From Candidatus Thorarchaeota archaeon (GTDB lineage Archaea > Asgardarchaeota > Thorarchaeia > Thorarchaeales > Thorarchaeaceae): a stretch of DNA of 43,232 nucleotides. Position 1 is the first letter of the stretch, and each line of letters begins with the position of its first letter. Where the stretch lies: the NCBI GenBank assembly GCA_016840855.1, contig JAEORO010000143.1, positions 1 to 43,232 on the forward strand, written 5' to 3'. This document shows positions 36,401 through 43,232 of this stretch, in pieces. The position numbers were made by a program, and so were the translations under genes. The notes below the pieces were generated by a model. The model worked only from the letters and a program-made list of their open reading frames with translations, was not told the origin of the DNA and did no database searches.

Positions 36401-36787
36401 TCAGATCTTTCCTCTGAGGGTCTTTGCAGCACGATCAACATCTACATAAACACCATCTGGCTGAGCTTGAGCATCTGCCCATGCTACGACCCATCTATCA
36501 CTTGTCGCATCGACTTTTGTTAATATCAGGATGCCGTTTCCTTGGACATTCCGGGCAACGAGACTCTCAGGAGTTGAGCGCATTGTTGAATACTTCACTT
36601 GGTTTTGAACAACACTAGCTGCTCGTGATTTCACTGCCGAAATTAGGTTTTTCGCATCACCTGTCAAGTCCCAATTATTGCTCTGCCAAAGAACTTGTCC
36701 AGACTCCGATATCACCCCAAAGGCTTGGACCATATTTCCTGAACTGCTGTATGCTTGCGTATATGCATCCATTACTGGATCGCTCAT
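36401..36787 (-). CDS. Asgard profilin (copy 1)
   Basis: 128 aa; AFGVISESGQVLWQSNNWDL, VKYSTMR, ARNVQGNGILIL, WVVAWA; GGTGA SD. Clearly paralogous to the adjacent gene (both end in L.GKI). Confidence 0.87.
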   Translation of the reverse strand: MSDPVMDAYTQAYSSSGNMVQAFGVISESGQVLWQSNNWDLTGDAKNLISAVKSRAASVVQNQVKYSTMRSTPESLVARNVQGNGILILTKVDATSDRWVVAWADAQAQPDGVYVDVDRAAKTLRGKI

Positions 36788-36913
36788 CGTAATTCACCCC
36801 GTAAATCTACGGCTTATAGAAAGTCGAAGTAGCCACTCCAAATAAACAAATCCTTGACAGCCTTTATGATGGATATTAAACAGACTCATATGCTAACATG
36901 CGTTTCTGACTGC

Positions 36914-37213
36914 ATGGTTGAAGCGATTTGGGAAACTGAGAAAGGAACCTTCCTAAGAGTTAGTGTTCATCCCAATTCAAAGGAAAAAAGATTCGTTTCT
37001 GAGATTACATCAGAAACCATTCACATTAACTTAAGATCCCAGGCAAGAGGCGGCAAGGCTAATTCTGAGTTGCTAAAGGAGTTAGCAAAATCTCTTCATA
37101 TATCAACTGCTGATATTAGTCTGATTACAGGTCATAAATCGCGGGAGAAGATATTAATGATTTCTGGAATTAGCGCAAGTTATTTGATGGATTGCTTGCT
37201 CAAAATGACCTAG
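36914..37213 (+). CDS. DUF167/UPF0235 (YggU-like) protein
   Basis: LRVSVHPNSK, GGKANSELLKELAK, GHKSREK. Confidence 0.92.
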   Translation: MVEAIWETEKGTFLRVSVHPNSKEKRFVSEITSETIHINLRSQARGGKANSELLKELAKSLHISTADISLITGHKSREKILMISGISASYLMDCLLKMT

Positions 37214-37271
37214 ACAGTTAAATACCGGGACAAGCAGGGGACTGCCTTCGTAGAATGTTGCAAGCAGAGAT

Positions 37272-39845
37272 TTGAAAAAGCTGGAGAAACCCCTCGTGAT
37301 AAAACTAGACCGGACTACATTTCTAGGAGCCACATACATAGTTGGCATTGGTCTAGCAATTCTAGCAATAGTTTCAGGTCGTGTAACACACCCCGATGTC
37401 ATCATAGCATTCGTGGCCGAGGTTGCACTTTTTTACATCTCGGTATTCAAACCTCCACTTGATAGGAATGAACTTACTATATTGACCATTCTAGGAGCAA
37501 TATATTTTCCATTAAGTCTAGCATTAGGCATCTTTTCAGACATGGTCATTGTGGTCATTGGTGGGGTTGCAATCTATATTGTTATGACAGTGAGGTTCAG
37601 TCCAGACCCAACAAAGGCATTGCTTGGAGGCATGTACTCCGTAGGTATTTTCTACATTCTTTTTGTGCTTGTACGAAACAGACCGCTTGATCCAGGCATA
37701 TTCATGGCGCTGGTCACTGAAATCGTACTACTTTACATGGTGATAGCAAATTCACCACCAGATAAGAAAGACCTTGTTGCGATTTGTTTATGGATTCTGA
37801 TATATCTCTACCTTAGTCTACTCTTTGCATTCTTCTCAGAGATTGTCATGATGGCTGTTGGAGGTCTTGCGCTCTATGGAGTAGTGAGAGCAGAACCGAA
37901 GTTTCCTCTCACTAAGCGTGCACTTGGAACTGGACTCATCGTGGGCGTAATCATGACATTCATGGGAATCTATCTCGCCCTTAAGATTGGAGTTGTATTT
38001 CTTGTTGGAGCAGAAATGCTTGGAGCTATTTTCCTTACCATGCATGGGTTGTACACAAGAGAAGAGAACGCCATTGTGGTAACGATTGCAAATACATCTT
38101 CAATGGTAGCGATAGGAGTGTTGCTTACATATCCAGCAATTGCAATCTTCGATACAGGAAATCCTCTGTTTAATGCAGACCTTGCATTCTATAATCCATA
38201 TGTAACTGTTTTTTTCATTATGCTTACGACTGGGATTAGCGCGGTCTTTGGAATTATCCTCTTGGCTCCATTTAGGGAGCGTTTCGAAAAGGATCCATGG
38301 CCTCAAGTTCAACCTCAAGCAGAGTGCATCAACTCTATCGGAGGTGATGCTGAAGCTCGAAAAGCAGTCGGAGTAGGACTTGCAGCCTCTGGAGCATGGG
38401 TAGGCACGACGAAAGTCATAGAGAGAGTAACTGGAAGAACAATAAGCACAATACCAAACGCGCTAGCACCTGTTATTCCTGCGGTAGCAGCCATTCCCGA
38501 TTGGATTGGGATAAGCAATTCCCCCATGATTGCAGGAATTGGTTTCTTCGTGGGGTGGAAACGGGCTATAATAATGGCAATGGGAAGTGTTCTATCTATT
38601 TTAATCTGGATATTCATCGAAGGTGGAAATGGATCCATCGTCTACAGTACTCACCTGAAGAGACCTGAGATTCTGTATGTCGCACTAGGTGTCTTTGTCA
38701 CTGTAATCCTTGGAGATGTACTTGGCAGAAAGAAAGAAAGAAACTTGACTCCTGAAGAGGTTGAAGAAAGGACAAAGAAAAAACGTCATGATGATGCTTT
38801 AGTCATAGTAGAACATCCTCATAGAGCTGAAGAATTACCAAGGGTCTTGCGAGTAAAAGAGGAATTGTTCTCTGTTGAAACCCTAAAGGAAGAGATTCGA
38901 GAAATCATTAATGACCCAAGAGGATATTTGAAATCAAGAAGAGGGCAGATTCCTCCATGGATTGCGGCAGTGTCATTAGGACTATTCATGGTTGTAGGCA
39001 TTCTTGTGTTTTCGATTGCTAAGCCCTTCATGCAGAGTGATATAGCACCTCTCGAGATTCACTGGCTGTTATTCATATTTGGAACACCTTTGGCACTTGT
39101 ATCTGCGTATTTCACCGCTCGAGCAATAAGCGAAACTGGGATGCTTGCAGGTTATATCTCCGATATCATTGCCATCCCAGCAATAGTCCTCTTTAAGGTC
39201 ACATTTTCAGCCATTACTACATTCATTGGGATGTTAGGTGCGATTCAGGATGCAGCAATAGCGTTTCTTCTTCATGTAAAACTTGGAAAACTTACGGGCG
39301 TTCGTGCAAGAGATATTGTGAAAGGAGTATTTATTGGGTGTGCGCTGGGAACGACTGTTGGGTCATTAATAACATTTGAAATCTTTAGCACCTATGGATT
39401 TGGAGGTACAGATTTTCCAAGTCCAGCAGCCCAACTCTTTGGGTTTCTTGTGCTAAGTCTAGAAGGCATCGGTAGGTTTCAGCTCCCTGGAATAGACAAG
39501 TTTCCAGGTGTTCATCCATTTCTCGCATTACTATATCTCCTCGCCTGGGCACTGGGTGGATTTCTTGCAGGTCGGGAGCTACACAAACGAGAACTAAGCC
39601 CTATCAGTCTTGTAGTTGGAATTCTCGTCCCTCCAGCTACCACAGTCGCAATCCTGTTAGGTGGTTATATTAGCTACAGAGTAAAGCACAAGGAAGAACC
39701 TGTTAGACTCGCGGATTTGCCGCAACAGATTGAAGTTTGTGAGTCAGGAGGTAACAATGTAAATAGAATTCTTAGTGGGGTTGTAGCTGGTGAAGCTGTC
39801 GTGACTGTGATCTGGGTCCTTCTAAGTGTCTTTATTTTCATCTAA
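37272..39845 (+). CDS. OPT/YSL family oligopeptide transporter with N-terminal duplicated membrane extension
   Basis: LTKRALGTG...YLALKIG, EENAIVVTIA, PWP, RAISETG, KLGKLTG, FPSPAAQLF, LSGVVAGEA. Confidence 0.88.
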   Translation: MKKLEKPLVIKLDRTTFLGATYIVGIGLAILAIVSGRVTHPDVIIAFVAEVALFYISVFKPPLDRNELTILTILGAIYFPLSLALGIFSDMVIVVIGGVAIYIVMTVRFSPDPTKALLGGMYSVGIFYILFVLVRNRPLDPGIFMALVTEIVLLYMVIANSPPDKKDLVAICLWILIYLYLSLLFAFFSEIVMMAVGGLALYGVVRAEPKFPLTKRALGTGLIVGVIMTFMGIYLALKIGVVFLVGAEMLGAIFLTMHGLYTREENAIVVTIANTSSMVAIGVLLTYPAIAIFDTGNPLFNADLAFYNPYVTVFFIMLTTGISAVFGIILLAPFRERFEKDPWPQVQPQAECINSIGGDAEARKAVGVGLAASGAWVGTTKVIERVTGRTISTIPNALAPVIPAVAAIPDWIGISNSPMIAGIGFFVGWKRAIIMAMGSVLSILIWIFIEGGNGSIVYSTHLKRPEILYVALGVFVTVILGDVLGRKKERNLTPEEVEERTKKKRHDDALVIVEHPHRAEELPRVLRVKEELFSVETLKEEIREIINDPRGYLKSRRGQIPPWIAAVSLGLFMVVGILVFSIAKPFMQSDIAPLEIHWLLFIFGTPLALVSAYFTARAISETGMLAGYISDIIAIPAIVLFKVTFSAITTFIGMLGAIQDAAIAFLLHVKLGKLTGVRARDIVKGVFIGCALGTTVGSLITFEIFSTYGFGGTDFPSPAAQLFGFLVLSLEGIGRFQLPGIDKFPGVHPFLALLYLLAWALGGFLAGRELHKRELSPISLVVGILVPPATTVAILLGGYISYRVKHKEEPVRLADLPQQIEVCESGGNNVNRILSGVVAGEAVVTVIWVLLSVFIFI

Positions 39846-40822
39846 CTATGCTTTTCAACATGGTCAGCAAGCAGTTGGAGAAATTTTTGGAAATCGTTCA
39901 GGTCAAGACTAGCCCCAGCTGCAGCTGGATGACCTCCCCCTGAGCTTCCCTCTAAATCTTTGAGAATGATATTGAGTGTTTTATTAAGGTCCACATTTGT
40001 CCTTCTTCGACGTATGCTCATATCAACATCATCAGCAGACGACCTTGCACTAATACCAATCTTTGAGTCTGTAACATAAGCTGAGAACTTTGCACTTTTT
40101 CCTCGATATCCATTAATTGGCATATCTAAAACATAACCAATTGGACCAAGTTTTCTTGCATTTTGCTGGACATATCTGAAGACCTCGTGTTCGATTCTGG
40201 TTGCCTTAAGTGCAAGAGAAATAATGTCATCCATCGAACTTGGCTTAATCCCCATAGCCAACTGATGGACCAAGTCTTTCGACTCTTTCCGGTAATCAAT
40301 CTCCTGTAACGCTTGGACTAGTAGTCCTGCTTCAAGATAGAGAGTACGCTTGTCCACGTCATCAAAATGAGCCTTTACAAATGGAGTTTCATCACAATAG
40401 TCCCCAATCGCACCATAGAGAGCCAATCGAAGAGCATGCTCAGGAAGAAGTTCTTCGAATTTTCTATAAACTAGTTCTGCTGTACAAGGACCAATTTCAT
40501 AAAACAAGTCAACGCGTTTGTGTAGTTCATGTCTTTCTTTTGTAGTCATAGGATGGTGATCAGTCCAATGGAGCTGTGTCGACTTAGGGAACTGATCTAA
40601 TGCTCTAAGAAGCTCACTAAACATTTTGGAGTTAACAGCTATATCGCTAACATGTACAATGTTAGGGTTGTCCTTGGCAATGCGATACAGGTCTTGATGT
40701 ATCTGAGAAGGTCGTGTGAAATAGAATTCGGACGCCGGAAAGGCTAACAGAGCAATTGCACCGGAGGTTATTCCATCAAGATCTCCATGAGTCAAGAGAA
40801 CACTTTTTGGCATTGACTTCAT
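39842..40822 (-). CDS. DHH family phosphoesterase with DHHA1 domain
   Basis: THGDLDG, SDI, TDHH, GAIGDY, MSIR, GGGHPAAAGA. Confidence 0.93.
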   Translation of the reverse strand: MKSMPKSVLLTHGDLDGITSGAIALLAFPASEFYFTRPSQIHQDLYRIAKDNPNIVHVSDIAVNSKMFSELLRALDQFPKSTQLHWTDHHPMTTKERHELHKRVDLFYEIGPCTAELVYRKFEELLPEHALRLALYGAIGDYCDETPFVKAHFDDVDKRTLYLEAGLLVQALQEIDYRKESKDLVHQLAMGIKPSSMDDIISLALKATRIEHEVFRYVQQNARKLGPIGYVLDMPINGYRGKSAKFSAYVTDSKIGISARSSADDVDMSIRRRRTNVDLNKTLNIILKDLEGSSGGGHPAAAGASLDLNDFQKFLQLLADHVEKHS

Positions 40823-40834
40823 CCACCAAGGACT

Positions 40835-42223
40835 CTATTTTTTGAACGCATCTTCAAGAGCCTTGTCCCATTCATCCACTCCAGACTCATCACCCTTCCG
40901 CTTTTTCCTAGCTTTGGCACGAGCTTTGCGAGCCTTCTCAGCCTCTTTCCTTTTTCTTGCCAAGTCCTTCTTTCTCGTACTTGCTGCCTCCTTCTCTTCC
41001 TTAGTTATCTTCTCTTTCTCGACAACTTCACGCCGTGACATCCAACTGATAACTGCAGCAGTGAATGGAAAGATTCCAACAACGGGAACTAGAAACAGCA
41101 AAACAATCTCAGGCTGTAGTATCTCAACACTGTCCGCAATCCCAATCGGGAGGTTCAGCAACATATCTACTACGTAGGGATTCATCAACATGAACGATAC
41201 AGCAACGACAGTAAGAAATCGTATGATTGAGCCAGTGATAGTAGAACCAATAACATAGGATGATGATGGAGCGGCTGCTCTTGCGGTCAGTTCATCTCGC
41301 GCTTTAGCGTCACTCTGAAGTAGTTCATCTACATAGATCTGTAAACGACGAACATCTGAAACTGCATCTAAGCTCTCGAGCGCTGATTGACCACCCATGA
41401 CTTTTCGTTCCATTGCCTCTCTGAGGAATGAAAATGCAGTTGCTCCCGTCGAGCGACTCATACCAGTTGTGCTTACTTTTTCACCACGCTCAATTGCATC
41501 TTGTTTTCTAGTAGCTTGGCGTAATGCTAGAAGCTGTTTCTTGAGCGTTTCTTCTCTGTCTTCGACGGGCTTCCCAACTGAATAACTGTATATCATCTGG
41601 TAGCTTACTTCGAGGTATGCAAAGGATACAAGGGCAAGAATCTGTGCCTGGCTTAAAAGAAAATCCAAGAAGTCAGGCGGGAAAGGACTGAGATTGGGAA
41701 CAATCAGAGATCTAAATGCGGCAACAATTATTATTGCTTGAATAGACAGGAATGCTCCACCAACAAACTTGTGGTCCATTCTAACTAAGGACTGGAGGAA
41801 CAAAGCAATACCTATTCCAGCAAACAGGAAATAGAGGAAGAGGAAGGTATTATCCCAAAGCGCGAACAGCACATTCTGTAAGTTCATCGAAAATGATGCC
41901 CAGACTTCTTGAACATTGGTCAATGGATCAGTAACTCCATATGGCTGCATATACCAGGTTTTGAGAACAAGTGTATTATATAGACCAATTACAACATCAG
42001 GGGGTAGGGCCCCTCCAGTGAAAGCGCTCGCAAGGCCGCTTATTACAGTTGTTGATAGGAAGAATACTATCAGGGATAACAGATGGAACACTGTCACGAC
42101 GAATGAATAAGGAGCATTCCAGTGCCAGATATCATTAGGATCAAGAATTGAATATACGAGGAATGCCATATACGCAAATGTTGCAGTGGAGGCAATACGA
42201 AGTATCCAGGTGACAACCTTCAG
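40835..42223 (-). CDS. Hypothetical multi-TM membrane protein with Lys/Arg-rich C-terminal coil; probable CTG start
   Basis: Frame is open upstream of the track ATG to CTG 42223, which forms a CTGA overlap with the DUF58 stop and completes the first TM helix. Tail RKKDLARKRKEAEKARKARAKARKKRK. Confidence 0.8.
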   Translation of the reverse strand: MKVVTWILRIASTATFAYMAFLVYSILDPNDIWHWNAPYSFVVTVFHLLSLIVFFLSTTVISGLASAFTGGALPPDVVIGLYNTLVLKTWYMQPYGVTDPLTNVQEVWASFSMNLQNVLFALWDNTFLFLYFLFAGIGIALFLQSLVRMDHKFVGGAFLSIQAIIIVAAFRSLIVPNLSPFPPDFLDFLLSQAQILALVSFAYLEVSYQMIYSYSVGKPVEDREETLKKQLLALRQATRKQDAIERGEKVSTTGMSRSTGATAFSFLREAMERKVMGGQSALESLDAVSDVRRLQIYVDELLQSDAKARDELTARAAAPSSSYVIGSTITGSIIRFLTVVAVSFMLMNPYVVDMLLNLPIGIADSVEILQPEIVLLFLVPVVGIFPFTAAVISWMSRREVVEKEKITKEEKEAASTRKKDLARKRKEAEKARKARAKARKKRKGDESGVDEWDKALEDAFKK

Positions 42224-43232
42224 AACATCGCCACCCCCCGTTGCTTTGCTTGTTCGTATGCTTGTATGATGGTAGGCAGAAAATCCTCCGGCCCAACATT
42301 GATAACATTAATGCCAAATCTTGACAATGCTCGTGCTATCTTGTTTCGTCGCTCCCAGAGTTCTTCAGAAACAGCTTCTGATAGTACCTTCTCAACAGGA
42401 CCAAACTGACCAACTGGTGCTTCAAACCATGGGCCAAATGGGCTGATTACTAGTGCCTTATGACCATTAGCCACTAGTGTCTTCATTGCATTGAGTAGAG
42501 GTGCAGGACTTTCTTCAAGATCAGTCATCCATATAATGAGAGAGCGTTTCTTACTCTGTGCAACAACATGAGCGATGGCAGTTTCGTAGTCGCTCCACCC
42601 CTTTGGCTCAGCCATGGCTAAAATTTCAAGTACATCATACATGTGATTAGGTCGTGTTCCAGGCGGGACATATCCGTGAACTATGTCGCTAAATACACAG
42701 GTTCCAACAAGGTCTTTCCTCTCAAGTCCTAGATGCGTAAGAAGAACAGCCGCACGGATAGCATACTCGAGTTTTGTGTTCTCGGGGTACCCATTCCCCA
42801 TACTCCCACTGGTATCCACCATGCAAATCAATTGCACATTTTTCTCCTGCTCCCATTGCTTAACGACCATTTCACCATGTTTAGCGCTTGATTTCCAATC
42901 GATTAGCCTGAATTCATCACCAGGCACATATTCCCTAAACCCTGCAAAGTCCGTCCCCATCCCAACAGTTTTTGTTCGATGAGCACCGAACATAAGGCCT
43001 AGCTGTCGTTGCTTCGCAAAAGACTCAAGTCGACGGACATCTTTCCAAGTTGGATAAACAAGAACTTCGGTATGTTCCTTCAACGTCCGCTTGTAGTAGT
43101 GTAACCCAAGTCTATCTCGCATGATGACCTCAGTTGGACCAAGATAATATCTTCCGCGCATCCGTGCTTGGAGGATGTAGGAGAACGTCATGCTGCTACC
43201 GGGTTCAATCCGGGACGCAATGAAATTCTCTC
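42220..43232 (-). CDS. DUF58 (vWA-like, MoxR-associated) protein, 5' truncated by window edge
   Basis: RGRYYLGP, VLVYP, GTDFAGFREYVPGDEFRLIDWKSSAK, MIDAS-like DTSGSM, TKLEYA. The frame remains open to the window end. Confidence 0.93.
   Translation of the reverse strand, partial: ENFIASRIEPGSSMTFSYILQARMRGRYYLGPTEVIMRDRLGLHYYKRTLKEHTEVLVYPTWKDVRRLESFAKQRQLGLMFGAHRTKTVGMGTDFAGFREYVPGDEFRLIDWKSSAKHGEMVVKQWEQEKNVQLICMVDTSGSMGNGYPENTKLEYAIRAAVLLTHLGLERKDLVGTCVFSDIVHGYVPPGTRPNHMYDVLEILAMAEPKGWSDYETAIAHVVAQSKKRSLIIWMTDLEESPAPLLNAMKTLVANGHKALVISPFGPWFEAPVGQFGPVEKVLSEAVSEELWERRNKIARALSRFGINVINVGPEDFLPTIIQAYEQAKQRGVAMF

Noticed and set aside
5875-42982. Numerous 60-165 aa antisense or overlapping ORFs in the track (e.g. 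5875-6306, 23547-24008, 33537-33923, 35846-36340, 40842-41177)
   Set aside because: They lie opposite or within well-supported genes and lack motifs; treated as shadow ORFs.
1-43232. tRNA, rRNA, CRISPR array, IS elements
   Set aside because: No cloverleaf/T-loop signatures, regularly spaced repeats or transposase ORFs seen by eye; a tRNAscan/Infernal run would be needed to exclude them fully.

Overview
Gene-dense archaeal DNA, most likely an Asgard archaeon of Thorarchaeota type. The evidence is archaeal uS19, TATA/BRE promoters, GGTGA/GGAGG Shine-Dalgarno sites, two tandem Asgard-type profilins, and membrane-anchored secreted proteins with a basic C-terminal tail; the taxon is inferred, not searched. 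The main structure is a tightly packed ~11 kb minus-strand redox operon (5538-16607): hdrC-hdrB-hdrA'(short)-hdrA''/mvhD-Fd/mvhD-hdrA-hdrC-hdrB-etfB-Fd/etfA. It has three divergent HdrA-family subunits, two MvhD modules and no hydrogenase. Downstream lies a synonymously diverged remnant of a second etfA 3' end. Other observations that the ORF track misses or mis-starts: (1) a small membrane protein resembling eukaryotic DPM2 with an apparent ATC start, next to an internally deleted phosphomannomutase pseudogene; (2) several probable ATC/CTG starts; (3) a stand-alone rps19 with a structured leader; (4) a nested stem-loop element at ~20030-20120; (5) a TGTCAC-N7-GTGACA operator shared by a TrmB gene and an ABC-2 cassette; (6) two tandem micro-ORFs under a palindrome-covered promoter; (7) an 11-Cys thioredoxin; (8) an OPT transporter with a duplicated N-terminal membrane module. 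No rRNA, tRNA, CRISPR array or transposase was recognised. All family assignments are by motif recognition; no searches were run.
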